Assembly: GCA_963663765.2 (NCBI GenBank)
Contig: CAXXUA010000003.1
Span: 201,534-265,533 of the forward strand
Length of the DNA stretch: 64,000 nt
Source of the DNA: Candidatus Poribacteria bacterium
GTDB taxonomy: Bacteria; Poribacteria; WGA-4E; WGA-3G
Direction: 5' to 3'
Position numbers and translations under genes: made by a program. Below, piece after piece: positions 9,587 to 19,925 of this stretch. The notes below the pieces were generated by a model. The model had not been told where the DNA came from and did not search any database. It saw only the letters and a program-made list of their open reading frames with translations. Position 1 is the stretch's first letter, and each line of letters starts with the position of its first letter.

Positions 9587-10359
9587 TGTCAGAAATCGGT
9601 AATTTCTTTCAGGAGAACGGCTACTATTTTGCAAAGGGTGTTTATTCACCCGAAGCGGTCAAACTCATGGAGCACGCATTTGATCGTGCTGTAGACCAGT
9701 TGGTAAAAAGCGATGAGAACATAAATGCACGCTGGGGTGGTAGTTTGATGGACGCTCTGGATGGAGGGGAATCTATTGTTATCCATACACACAATATACA
9801 AAGTTTTTCTGGTGTGTGGATGCAGGCATTTGTGCACGACAAGTTTCTTGACATCACAGAAGAGATCCTTGGACCAGATATTATGCTTCACCATTCCAAA
9901 CTTTTCTGCAAACCACCAGAGAAAGGTTCACCCTTTCCGATGCATCAGGATTGGCAATACTTCCCATCAGTCAAAGATACGATGATTGCCGCCATCATAT
10001 ATGTATCTGATGCAACAGATGAAATGGGATGTGTCCGTGTATATCCCGGTTCACACAAGGAACTCGGACGAACTGATGGCATGATGGGTGGCGGACAGAA
10101 CGAAGAAATGACAAAACGTTACCCAATTGAGAAAGCCACAGTGTTAGAAGCAGAAGCAGGAGATGTGCTTTTCTTTAGTTACTTCACACTACACGGTTCA
10201 ATGCCGAACCGTTCTAACAAAACGCGCAAGAGTGTACTTGTCCAGATGCATGCAGGTGACGATCAGATTGAGGGTGAAAATCGGCACACCAACGTGCAAT
10301 TAGTACTTCGGGGTTGGAATCATTTCGCTACCCGTTCTTCTGTCGGTAGAATTAGATGA
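9586..10359 (+). CDS. Phytanoyl-CoA dioxygenase (PhyH) family Fe(II)/2-oxoglutarate oxygenase
   Basis: PMHQDWQYFP (HxD iron motif), distal LHGSMPNRS, ~260 aa. The start overlaps the upstream stop (TAATG). Confidence 0.75.
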   Translation: MSEIGNFFQENGYYFAKGVYSPEAVKLMEHAFDRAVDQLVKSDENINARWGGSLMDALDGGESIVIHTHNIQSFSGVWMQAFVHDKFLDITEEILGPDIMLHHSKLFCKPPEKGSPFPMHQDWQYFPSVKDTMIAAIIYVSDATDEMGCVRVYPGSHKELGRTDGMMGGGQNEEMTKRYPIEKATVLEAEAGDVLFFSYFTLHGSMPNRSNKTRKSVLVQMHAGDDQIEGENRHTNVQLVLRGWNHFATRSSVGRIR

Positions 10360-10594
10360 TAATCAATAGTACTATTCACGATAGATGACCTATTATCGTT
10401 GTGGATAATTGTGGTATAAGAAATGTATAAAGTGTTATAATTTCTTGCATAGCGATTGACCTTTCATAGGCATTATATGGCTTTTATTGCTTTAGATCAT
10501 CTGACCAATTTACTCAACCATTTTTGGCGAAGGTATTGATACTGTACGAACATTTTTGAGGACGTTTGCAGGTGTCTTAACAACGGAGTTTAAT

Positions 10595-10906
10595 GTGAAA
10601 AAACAAACAATTCTCAGCAAAGAATCAATTAAGCAGAGTCTTGTGGACAATCAAAAGACCTTGCGAAAACACGGAGTCAAACGAATCGGCTTGTTCGGAT
10701 CCTACGTACGCGGGACAGCATCCACCGAAAGCGACATTGATTTCATTGTTGAACTCGAAAGACTGACCCTTCGCGACTACATGGGATTAGCTCTTTTTCT
10801 TGAAGACCTATTTAAGAAGGATGTTGACCTAATAACTACTACATCCATCAAACCGCGCCTAAAACCTTATATTGAAAAAGAGATAGAGTATGTCACGAAT
10901 CTATAG
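10595..10906 (+). CDS. mntA: Minimal nucleotidyltransferase, MNT-type antitoxin
   Basis: GLFGSYVRGTASTESDIDFIVEL is the classic GSxxRG...DxD polymerase-beta-type NTase motif. The GTG 10595 start has GGAG 7 nt upstream (ORF track start 10556). The 3' end overlaps a HepT-like start codon. Confidence 0.8.
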   Translation: MKKQTILSKESIKQSLVDNQKTLRKHGVKRIGLFGSYVRGTASTESDIDFIVELERLTLRDYMGLALFLEDLFKKDVDLITTTSIKPRLKPYIEKEIEYVTNL

Positions 10907-11157
10907 CAGGACTTACGCAAAAACTGTAGGCGTGCTTTGTAAGCGCGCTGGAAATCCATAAAAACGCTGATAATTGCATCATTTTCATCATAATTCTTGA
11001 TTAAATCAAGAAAACTGCGTAAGTCCTGTATAGTTTATATCTGCCAGATGTAGTGGAGGCTGCTGAACGTATTGCATCGTACGTTGCAAACGTTTCTCAA
11101 AGTGAATTTGAAATGGATCAGATCGGAAAGAAACTGACGCTCTTGAGAAACATGTAA
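10890..11157 (+). pseudogene. hepT: HepT (DUF86/HEPN) toxin remnant, interrupted by a MITE and truncated
   Basis: ATG 10890 overlaps the mntA end. Removing 10907..11033 restores MSRIYSLYLPDVVEAAERIASYVANVSQSEFEMDQIGKKLTLLRNM*, which matches the N-terminal half of DUF86 proteins (xYLxDIxEAxxxIxxY...EFxxD...RN). It stops before the expected RNLEIIGEA and Rx4H region. Confidence 0.6.
10907..11028. mobile_element. 122-bp MITE with 13-bp terminal inverted repeats CAGGACTTACGCA / TGCGTAAGTCCTG
   Basis: Perfect 13-bp TIRs at 10907..10919 and 11016..11028. They are flanked by the direct repeat TATAG (10902..10906 and 11029..11033). Excision restores a HepT-like frame. Confidence 0.7.
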
Positions 11158-11320
11158 ATTGGTTACGAATTTCACCACGCGCTTCTCCGAAACTTACATA
11201 GAAACCCAAAATAGATATAGTAAATACGCATTTTCATGCCGTTAGGCTTTGATTCTATTGATGATTATTAGGTTCAAAATCACACTGAGAAATACCAGTT
11301 ATTTTATTAAGGAGAATTAG

Positions 11321-12328
11321 ATGATAAGAGTTGCAAAAATTAGTATGGCGCATGTCCACGCAGGTGGTTATGCAAGACAGATTCACGAAAACCCCGAAAC
11401 CGAACTCGTCGCTGTTTGGGACGAAGAGGGCTTCGATCATGGTGGGGGCGGCAAAGCAGCTGCAGAAAAATATGAAGTACCGTTCTACACCGACCTTGAT
11501 GAGATGTTAAGCCGTGATGATGTTGACGCAGTCGCTGTTGATGCTGTAACATCTGACCATCCGCGTGTGATAATCGCCGCCGCAGAGGCAGGCAAACATA
11601 TCTTCACCGAAAAGGCATTGGCTATCACAGTCGCAGAATGCGATCCGATTATTGATGCAGTGGAAAAAGCAGGTATAAAGTTTATGATTTCGCTTCCTTC
11701 AAGAGCGAATTCTGAGATTCTGTTTGCGAAGAGGGCAATTGATGATGGACTACTCGGTGATATAACATTCGGCAGAGGACGGATTGCACACTCCGCTGCT
11801 CTTGATAAATGGTTCGGTGGTACAAGTGCATGGTTTGCAGACCCTATCCGTGCGGGTGGTGGTGCGCTCTTTGACTTAGGTTGCCACCGCGTTGATGTTA
11901 TACGTTGGCTAATGGGTGAACCCAAGAGTGCAATCGCAAAGATAAACAACTTCACTGGCAACTTCCCAATTGATGACAATAGCGTTTCTGTTGTGGAATT
12001 TGCAAACAAAGCACTCGGTGTGATTGATGTTGCATGGACGCACCGTTCCGGTCCGAATATGTTGGAGATTTACGGCACTGAAGGTTCGTATGCTGCAGGA
12101 CACGGTGAAATGCATTTTCAGACTCGAAAACTCTCTGATGAAGAAAAAGCGAAATACATTGCCGATGCACCCGCAGCACCACCTTCACCATTGCAACAGT
12201 GGATCAATGCAATCCTCCGCGATGAACCTATGACAATCACTTTCCAAGATGGACGTAATCTAACAGAACTGATGCAGGCATTTTATATGTCCTCTGAACA
12301 GGGGAAGGCAATAGAATTCCCGCTTTAA
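11321..12328 (+). CDS. Gfo/Idh/MocA family oxidoreductase
   Basis: N-terminal dinucleotide-binding region, HIFTEKA (EKP-like) motif, ~335 aa, with a family-typical C-terminal alpha/beta domain. Confidence 0.8.
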   Translation: MIRVAKISMAHVHAGGYARQIHENPETELVAVWDEEGFDHGGGGKAAAEKYEVPFYTDLDEMLSRDDVDAVAVDAVTSDHPRVIIAAAEAGKHIFTEKALAITVAECDPIIDAVEKAGIKFMISLPSRANSEILFAKRAIDDGLLGDITFGRGRIAHSAALDKWFGGTSAWFADPIRAGGGALFDLGCHRVDVIRWLMGEPKSAIAKINNFTGNFPIDDNSVSVVEFANKALGVIDVAWTHRSGPNMLEIYGTEGSYAAGHGEMHFQTRKLSDEEKAKYIADAPAAPPSPLQQWINAILRDEPMTITFQDGRNLTELMQAFYMSSEQGKAIEFPL

Positions 12329-12507
12329 AGTCATACTAAACTTACGTGATATACTTGGATGTGCAAAAAAGGTACTATTTCAGTATGTATATTGCGTATT
12401 ACATCTGACTTCCTGATATTTTAGTTGAACTTTTCGTGACGCACCATGTCACACAAAAGGAAGAAGGTGGCAGTTAATTTAACAATCAATTTAGAAGAGT
12501 AGATGAT

Positions 12508-15500
12508 ATGAATTCTGTACAAACGAAATTAGATAAAGCTCGCGCTGAACTGCTTGACTTAACCTTGCGTAACCCATTGATCAACTATAAACTTCTCAAG
12601 GCGCGAGGCATTGAGATTGTTGATGAATCTCCATCAGATATTTATCAGATACTTGTTCAAAATAAGAAAACTATGTCTTTCCTGCCAAGAGATGAAGATG
12701 ATAGTTCTTTTCTGTTTGAAGATGAAGCGGAACATGATCCTGAGCGGTATACCGATACCAAACTTCAGACAAACCATTTCTCCCCTGAACTTCAAAAGCG
12801 TTTACGGAATACCGAGTATACGGAGCGAACGGCAATTGAAGAACAGGGAGTAACTACCCTCTATCTTGCGCTTGGTATGCTTGAATGGTATGAATCTGAA
12901 TCCAGTGAGATTTTACGTAGTGCTCCACTAATTATGATACCTGTGGTACTCAACCGAACGAGTGTACGTGCTAATTTTCGAGTTCAGTACACAGACGAAG
13001 ACATTGGAACGAATCTATCACTTCAAGAAAAACTGAAAGCTGAGTTCAGTATTCAATTACCAGATCTTCCCGATGTGGATGACCTTAATCAGTCCACCAT
13101 TCTAAGATACTTTGAAGAAGTAAGTGAGGTAATTGTTAACCAAAAGCAATGGTCAGTAAATGATTTAAAAATTGCACTCGGTTTTTTCTCATTTGCCAAG
13201 TTTCTGATGTACTGCGATTTAGACGTTAACAATTGGCCCGATAATACTCTCTCCAAACACCCAATATTAGATTCAGTGCTCGTAAACGGATTTCAAGAAC
13301 CAGACTCATCCATTGAGGATAGTGAACCCAACCTTGACCTACACCTGACTCCCGAAAATACGCATCACGTAGTTAATGCAGACAGTTCACAAGCATTGGC
13401 TATCCATGATGTAAGTGAAGGACGAAATCTCGTTATTCAAGGACCGCCCGGTACAGGTAAATCACAAACTATTACTAATTTGATTGCTGCATCTATAATG
13501 GAAGGGAAACGTGTGCTTTTTGTTGCTGAGAAGATGGCAGCTTTAGAAGTAGTCAAGCGGAATTTGGACAAAATTGGACTTGGCAATGCTTGTTTAGAAC
13601 TACATAGTCATAAGATGAACAAAAAAGCCGTTGTTGATGAACTAAGACGTATTCTTGATACCAGTGAACCAAAAATAACAGACCTAAAACAAAAACTCGA
13701 GAATCTTCTTGATGATCGCAACCGTTTGAATAGATACTGTGAAGCAGTCAACACCCCAATTGGCGAGAGTGGTATCACACCTTATCAGGCGTATGGAGAA
13801 CTTTTAGCCACACAACGCCTCCTCTCAGGAAGGGAACTGCCGACTTTAGCATCAAAAGATTTTCAACATTCAACATCTGAATTTGAAAAAGGATTGGCAC
13901 TTACTGAAGTATGCCAAACACTCCTTAAGCGGATGGGTATACCCAAAAAACATCCGTTTTGGGGAAGTCGTTGTAAGGTCTTTCTTCCTGCTGATAGAGT
14001 ATCACTTAAACAAGCATCTGCGGAAGCACGAGAAAGAGTTACCGAAGTCAAGAATTCATCTGAACAACTTGCACAGCACCTCAAACTTGTGCCACCGGAT
14101 ACTTGTGATGAGGTTGAAAATCTCATCCGCGCGGCGCGTCATGTTATAGATGCACCAGACTTATCAGGTGTTGCTGTGCAGTCAACCGAATGGGAAACGC
14201 ATAGTAGTGATTTTGAAGTAGGCTTTAAGGCAGGAGAAAAGTTAGACGAACTCCATAAAATACATGATGATATGCTGATACGTGAAGCATGGGGACAAAA
14301 TGTTTTAGAGATGCGGCAAAAGCTTGCTGCTCATGGAGATAAGTGGTGGCGTATACTCTCGGGAAACTATCGACAGGCACTTAATGAACTCAAAGGTTTA
14401 TGCTCACAACCACAATTACTACCAAAAACACATCATTCCCGACTCCGTATCGTTGATGCAATTCTTGAAGTGCAAAGTGAATCGCCTCAACTTGAGCAGA
14501 TACAAGAGATCGGTCAAGAATTATTTGGTTCACACTGGCAAGGGCAATCCTCGAATTGGGATCAACTACGTGAGATCATCAAATATATGTCTGCAACGCA
14601 CCAATCGGTAGCAAACAAAGAATTACCTGAAGCAGTAGTTACATATCTTGCGTCAAATCCGAATTTGGAAGAACTTAAGGAATCACTTGCAACCGTTGAA
14701 AAACTTTTTAGCAACTATCCACATCTTCTTCAATCGGTGATTGATAAAATCCAACTTGATGAAAAAGTGCGTTTTGGGTGTGATGATGGATTAAAACAAC
14801 TTCCATTTACTGAACAGATAAAAATCTTTAGATGTTGGGAAACTAAACCGGGCTGTCTCCAAGATATGGTTTCGTATAATCACCATGTTGAAGCGTTAAC
14901 GGATAACGGTTTCATTGAAATTGTAAAGGTTGCAAATGAATGGTCAGAAGCGGGAGAATATCTATCAGATTTACTCAAACAGACGTGGCACAACGTAAAA
15001 ATTGAGACAGTAATGACAGAACGACCAATTCTTGCGGGTTTTAGTAGTGAGACCCATCAGCATATTTTAGAAAGGTTCAAAGAGTTAGATCGCATCTCAC
15101 TTGACTACAATAAGGTAAAAGTAGCATACCAACATTGGAAACATTTGCCACAGTATGAAGCGTCAAGTGGACAATTAGGATTACTCAGGCGTGAATTTCA
15201 AAAAAAGCGACGACATCTCCCAATTCGTCAACTTATGACTAAAGCAGGAAATGCAATACAAGCAATTAAGCCTGTATTTATGATGAGTCCGCTCTCCGTA
15301 GCAACATTTATACCACCGAAAAGTGTTGACTTCGACTTAGTGGTTTTTGACGAAGCCAGCCAAGTAAAACCTGTTGATGCTTTCGGATCAATTGTTCGAG
15401 GTAAACAAACAGTAGTAGTTGGTGATACTCAACAACTACCACCTACCTCTTTCTTTGATAAACACATAGCTGAAGATGATGATGACACGGAAGAAAACGT

Positions 15501-17247
15501 AACAGCCGATACAGAGAGTATTCTTGGCTTGTTTAGTGCTCAGACCTCGCCAGAACGGATGTTACGATGGCATTACCGTAGCAGACATCCTTCGTTGATT
15601 GCAGTATCAAACTTTTGCTTTTACGATAATAAACTTATAATCTTTCCAAGTCCTGATGCCGCAAGAGAAAAAGTCGGATTGGTGTATCATTACCTACCTG
15701 ATACTGCTTATGACCGTGGAGGGAGTAGAAGCAACTTGAAAGAGGCAAAAATAGTTGCAAAAAAAGTCATGGAACACGCACGCTTACGACCCCATTTGAC
15801 ACTTGGTGTCGCGACTTTTAGTACAGCACAAATGCAAGCAATTCAAGATCAGCTTGAACTACTGCGCAGAGAAGATCTATCATGTGAGGAAACATTCTTC
15901 AATGCTCATCCTGAAGAACCATTTTTTGTTAAAAATTTAGAAAACGTTCAAGGGGATGAACGTGATATTATTTTTATTAGCATTGGATACGGGCGAGATG
16001 CTAATGGAAAACTTACGATGAACTTCGGACCTCTCGGTAGAGATGGTGGAGAAAGACGATTGAACGTTTTGATTACGCGAGCACGGCAGCGTTGTGAAGT
16101 GTTTACTAATCTTACTGCTGATGATATTGACCTAAGTCGTACCAATGCCCGCGGTGTTGCAGTCTTAAAACGTTATCTGAAATATGCGCAGACAGACGAA
16201 ATTGACATCCCAGAACTGATCGGCAAACTACCAGACTCTCCGTTTGAGGTAGAGGTTGCAGATGCATTGCGGGGATGTGGCTATGAAATTGATCATCAGA
16301 TTGGTTCTGCTGGTTATTTCATCGACCTTGCGGTTAAGGATCCTGAACGCCCAGGACGTTACTTATTAGGGATTGAGTGTGACGGAGCAACCTATCACAG
16401 TGCTCAATCTGCTCGCGATAGAGATCGAATTAGGCAGGAAGTACTTGAAGGATTGGGTTGGCGTATCCATCGTATTTGGAGTACCGATTGGTTTAGGTTT
16501 CCAGACCGTGAACTCAAAAAAGCAGCTGAAGCGATTGAAGCAGCTAAGGCACACATACCCTTCTCTATTGGTAAAACTCCAGAAGTTAATAATCATGATT
16601 CCAATGAAGATAAGGAAGAATCAGAAACAGAGGTTGAGGCAATTGATGATCCAACCCCAGAACCGAAACCCAATTCCCAAACAAAAAAGTATCAACTTGC
16701 AGAACTATCTATTTCTACCAATGGGCTTGATTTACATGCAGTTCCGTCACGCCTGATAGCAAACTGGATTCAGCAAGTTGTTGAAATTGAGAGTCCAGTA
16801 CACCTTAACGAAGTAGCAAAACGCATCACAAGTGCTGCCGGACTGAAGAAGGTTGGCAATCGCATCCAAAAAGCGGTTGAAAATGCTGCGAGGACAGCAA
16901 CTCGTTCTGAAGGTATTCAGATCAAAGAGACATCTCTATATGAGACATTTCTCTATTGGACTGGACAAAAAGAGATCACTGTGCGAGATCGTAGTGAACT
17001 TCCAAATACTTCACGCAAGTTTAAACTTATTGCACCTGAAGAAATACAAGAGGCAATCAAGTTGTGTGTATCGGAATCTTGCGGCATTGAACAAGACGAT
17101 TTACCTCACGCAACTTGTAGGTTATTTGGTTTTAAAAAGGTTAATTGGAACATGCAAGACGAAATTGAAGGCATAATTTATAAAATGATTGAAAGCGGTG
17201 AGTTAACGGATAAAGCTGGCTCGTTGGTACTTACTACAGTAAAATAG
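12508..17247 (+). CDS. DUF4011 / SF1 (Upf1-like) helicase / Vsr-like (DUF559) endonuclease / DUF3320 fusion protein
   Basis: N-terminal KARAELLDLTLRNPLINYK (DUF4011-type). Walker A GPPGTGKS at 13441..13464, Walker B VVFDEASQV, helicase motifs QGDERDIIFIS and RRLNVLITRARQRCEVF. Nuclease-like YFIDLAV...LLGIECDGATYHSAQSARDRDRIRQEVLEGLGWRIHRIWSTDWF. DUF3320-like tail. Confidence 0.8.
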   Translation: MNSVQTKLDKARAELLDLTLRNPLINYKLLKARGIEIVDESPSDIYQILVQNKKTMSFLPRDEDDSSFLFEDEAEHDPERYTDTKLQTNHFSPELQKRLRNTEYTERTAIEEQGVTTLYLALGMLEWYESESSEILRSAPLIMIPVVLNRTSVRANFRVQYTDEDIGTNLSLQEKLKAEFSIQLPDLPDVDDLNQSTILRYFEEVSEVIVNQKQWSVNDLKIALGFFSFAKFLMYCDLDVNNWPDNTLSKHPILDSVLVNGFQEPDSSIEDSEPNLDLHLTPENTHHVVNADSSQALAIHDVSEGRNLVIQGPPGTGKSQTITNLIAASIMEGKRVLFVAEKMAALEVVKRNLDKIGLGNACLELHSHKMNKKAVVDELRRILDTSEPKITDLKQKLENLLDDRNRLNRYCEAVNTPIGESGITPYQAYGELLATQRLLSGRELPTLASKDFQHSTSEFEKGLALTEVCQTLLKRMGIPKKHPFWGSRCKVFLPADRVSLKQASAEARERVTEVKNSSEQLAQHLKLVPPDTCDEVENLIRAARHVIDAPDLSGVAVQSTEWETHSSDFEVGFKAGEKLDELHKIHDDMLIREAWGQNVLEMRQKLAAHGDKWWRILSGNYRQALNELKGLCSQPQLLPKTHHSRLRIVDAILEVQSESPQLEQIQEIGQELFGSHWQGQSSNWDQLREIIKYMSATHQSVANKELPEAVVTYLASNPNLEELKESLATVEKLFSNYPHLLQSVIDKIQLDEKVRFGCDDGLKQLPFTEQIKIFRCWETKPGCLQDMVSYNHHVEALTDNGFIEIVKVANEWSEAGEYLSDLLKQTWHNVKIETVMTERPILAGFSSETHQHILERFKELDRISLDYNKVKVAYQHWKHLPQYEASSGQLGLLRREFQKKRRHLPIRQLMTKAGNAIQAIKPVFMMSPLSVATFIPPKSVDFDLVVFDEASQVKPVDAFGSIVRGKQTVVVGDTQQLPPTSFFDKHIAEDDDDTEENVTADTESILGLFSAQTSPERMLRWHYRSRHPSLIAVSNFCFYDNKLIIFPSPDAAREKVGLVYHYLPDTAYDRGGSRSNLKEAKIVAKKVMEHARLRPHLTLGVATFSTAQMQAIQDQLELLRREDLSCEETFFNAHPEEPFFVKNLENVQGDERDIIFISIGYGRDANGKLTMNFGPLGRDGGERRLNVLITRARQRCEVFTNLTADDIDLSRTNARGVAVLKRYLKYAQTDEIDIPELIGKLPDSPFEVEVADALRGCGYEIDHQIGSAGYFIDLAVKDPERPGRYLLGIECDGATYHSAQSARDRDRIRQEVLEGLGWRIHRIWSTDWFRFPDRELKKAAEAIEAAKAHIPFSIGKTPEVNNHDSNEDKEESETEVEAIDDPTPEPKPNSQTKKYQLAELSISTNGLDLHAVPSRLIANWIQQVVEIESPVHLNEVAKRITSAAGLKKVGNRIQKAVENAARTATRSEGIQIKETSLYETFLYWTGQKEITVRDRSELPNTSRKFKLIAPEEIQEAIKLCVSESCGIEQDDLPHATCRLFGFKKVNWNMQDEIEGIIYKMIESGELTDKAGSLVLTTVK

Positions 17248-17425
17248 TAAACAAGATATTAGCATCTTTAGTAGAACGTGGTGAACTTGAAAAGCCAGAT
17301 CGTGGTGAATATAGAATTGTTGAAGGAGGACTTTTACATCTTAACCTAAAACAACGTATTTCAGATAAAGAACTTAAGAAGAACAGTAGCAAACTTGCTG
17401 AGTAAAACAACAAAGGAAGCATATC

Positions 17426-19921
17426 ATGCAAGACTATCAACCAATCTCTCTCACAGAATTCTGTAATGTCAACGCAGACATTATCGGACACAACGCCAAT
17501 CCAACCTTAGGACCACAAACATTCCACGGACTCCCTTTCCACATCTCCCAAGGTGAAAAATGTTTTTTGGGATTTGGTGATGGAATCAATACAGAACCCA
17601 TCCAAATACCAGTGAGTTCTGATCCGAAACGGATTATCGTAGCACATCGACTGCTTGAGTCCCGCATCCATGAAGGTGAACCGATTGGAAAATTGATTGC
17701 AAACTATGTGGTCCAATATACCGATGGAATGTCAATGCGTGTTCCAATCCGTGAACGTTTTGAGATTGGAAGCGTGCCACAAGGTTGGGGACAACAGACT
17801 TTCATTGCTATACCCGATACAAAGGAAAGTTTGCATGCTCGCCATCAAGGGCCGTGGGGTTCCGCAGGAAATCGACAGACCGAAGCGATGCAATGTGTGC
17901 CACGCAACTACTACCTTTATATATGGAAGAAACCCAATCCTGATAAAGAAATTGCCTATATAGAAATACGACCACAAGAACGGAAGTTTATTGTCGCAGC
18001 AATCACGTTAGGATACATTGACGAGGATCCGATTCCGCGTCGTGCTAACCGTGAGGTAAAAATCACACTCCCACAAGCAGAAGATGCTGACAAACCTTTT
18101 GACATGGAGGTTAACGTTGACCGTGGTACTGCGACCTATCCGTATCCGTTGCCAGAAAACTCAACCGATGCGTTTATCAATGACGATTTTAAAGGATGGG
18201 GAGAATTCCAAAACAACAAAAGCAGTCCTGCATATACAGAGATATCCGCTACACCATCCGCAACCGTTGAAGTCAAAAATCAGGGTGAAACACTGGGTTC
18301 AGTCAACTGGGGAGAACTTCAAAAAAATGGTTCTGTTCAACCGAATGAACGGGTCAAGGTTGAAGTTATTGATTCTGGCAGAAACTGGGTGCATACCACC
18401 GTGATTGACGAAGACACGAATAAACCTGTACCGTGCCGTATCCACTTCCGATCACCACACGGTGTGCCTTATGCACCACACGGACATCACGCACATGTCA
18501 ACTCAAACATGGGCACATGGCACGTAGACATCGGGGGTGATGTGCGGTTAGGACAGATTAGTTATGCCTATATTGATGGCACTTGTCAAGGATGGTTACC
18601 GCGCGGAGACGTAATTGTTGATGTTGCTCGCGGCTTTGAATATACGCCATTGCGAACCACTGTGAATATAAAACCAGGTCAACGCGAATTGACACTACGA
18701 ATAAAACGTTGGTGTGACATGAACTCCGAACGCTATTTTAGCGGAGATACCCATGTCCATTTCCTTTCAACACAAGGTGCACATACCGAAGCACAAGGTG
18801 AAGACCTCGGTGTTGTCAATCTACTCCTCTCCCAGTGGGGACATCTCTTTACGAATACAGAGGAGTTTATCGGAAGACCCACAGTGTCATCCGATGGACG
18901 TAGCATTGTCTATGCAACGCAGGAAAATAGACAGCATGTGCTTGGTCATCTCACGTTACTTGGCTTGAAAGAACAGGTGTCTCCGTGGTGTTCAGATGGA
19001 CCAGGTGAAGCAGAACTCGGAGGAAACTTGGAAGTCACGCTGTCGCATTGGGCAGATGCGTGCCATGAACAAGGTGGCACTGTCGTCTTACCTCATATTC
19101 CAAATCCGAATTGCGAACCTGCAACCCTCATTGCAACTGGACGCGTTGATGCAGTTGAATATCTTACCCACGCCATGTATGGACACATTGAATATTATCG
19201 TTATCTCAACTGTGGATATAAGCTGCCACTCGTCGGGGGTACAGACAAAATGACAGCAGATGTTCCTGTAGGTGTTTATCGCACTTATGTTCACATCCCC
19301 GATAACGAAGAATTCAACTATGATAACTGGTGCAAATATATGAGTGCGGGGAATACATTCCTCAGTGGAGGTCCGATGATTCGTCTCACCGTTGATGGAC
19401 AACCCATCGGCAGCACGATCAACCTGCCCGGCAATGGCGGTACCGTTGAAGTTGAAGCATCCGCGGATTCTATCTTCCCCATACATACCTTGCAGATTGT
19501 GCAAGCAGGACAAGTTGTCGCTACCACAGAGGAAAACAGTGGATCACATCAGTTACGTCTCAAAGCGAATCTGAAAGTGGATAAACATTCATGGATTGCG
19601 GCAAGGTGTGGTGGTCCGAACTATGCTCAAGCAGTTCCACATCACGATGGATGGCGGCGCGGTATCATTGCACATACATCACCAGTTTACATCGCAGTCG
19701 GTGGTGAATGGTGGATGTTCGATCCCGAAACTGCAAACTATATGCTCACCTTGATTGAAGGCGGGTTGTCCTATATACAACAGTCGGCACGTCACTATGA
19801 ACCCGGAACGACAACACATCATCACGGTGAAGATGACCATATAGAATATCTCTCTCGTCCATTCCAAGAGGCGCGAAAGGCAATCCACCAACGAATGCAT
19901 CAATTGGGTATTCCACATTAA
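17426..19921 (+). CDS. Large hypothetical protein with a putative metal-dependent hydrolase core (PHP/CehA-like HxH motif)
   Basis: SGDTHVHFLSTQG and later His/Asp-rich segments resemble CehA/PHP-type metallohydrolases. The N-terminal ~400 aa cannot be assigned by eye. Confidence 0.35.
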   Translation: MQDYQPISLTEFCNVNADIIGHNANPTLGPQTFHGLPFHISQGEKCFLGFGDGINTEPIQIPVSSDPKRIIVAHRLLESRIHEGEPIGKLIANYVVQYTDGMSMRVPIRERFEIGSVPQGWGQQTFIAIPDTKESLHARHQGPWGSAGNRQTEAMQCVPRNYYLYIWKKPNPDKEIAYIEIRPQERKFIVAAITLGYIDEDPIPRRANREVKITLPQAEDADKPFDMEVNVDRGTATYPYPLPENSTDAFINDDFKGWGEFQNNKSSPAYTEISATPSATVEVKNQGETLGSVNWGELQKNGSVQPNERVKVEVIDSGRNWVHTTVIDEDTNKPVPCRIHFRSPHGVPYAPHGHHAHVNSNMGTWHVDIGGDVRLGQISYAYIDGTCQGWLPRGDVIVDVARGFEYTPLRTTVNIKPGQRELTLRIKRWCDMNSERYFSGDTHVHFLSTQGAHTEAQGEDLGVVNLLLSQWGHLFTNTEEFIGRPTVSSDGRSIVYATQENRQHVLGHLTLLGLKEQVSPWCSDGPGEAELGGNLEVTLSHWADACHEQGGTVVLPHIPNPNCEPATLIATGRVDAVEYLTHAMYGHIEYYRYLNCGYKLPLVGGTDKMTADVPVGVYRTYVHIPDNEEFNYDNWCKYMSAGNTFLSGGPMIRLTVDGQPIGSTINLPGNGGTVEVEASADSIFPIHTLQIVQAGQVVATTEENSGSHQLRLKANLKVDKHSWIAARCGGPNYAQAVPHHDGWRRGIIAHTSPVYIAVGGEWWMFDPETANYMLTLIEGGLSYIQQSARHYEPGTTTHHHGEDDHIEYLSRPFQEARKAIHQRMHQLGIPH

Positions 19922-19925
19922 CATA

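Noticed and set aside
11006-11209. ORF 11006..11209 (-), 67 aa
   Set aside because: It is antisense to the HepT-like remnant and starts inside the MITE right end. It has no RBS or recognisable motif.
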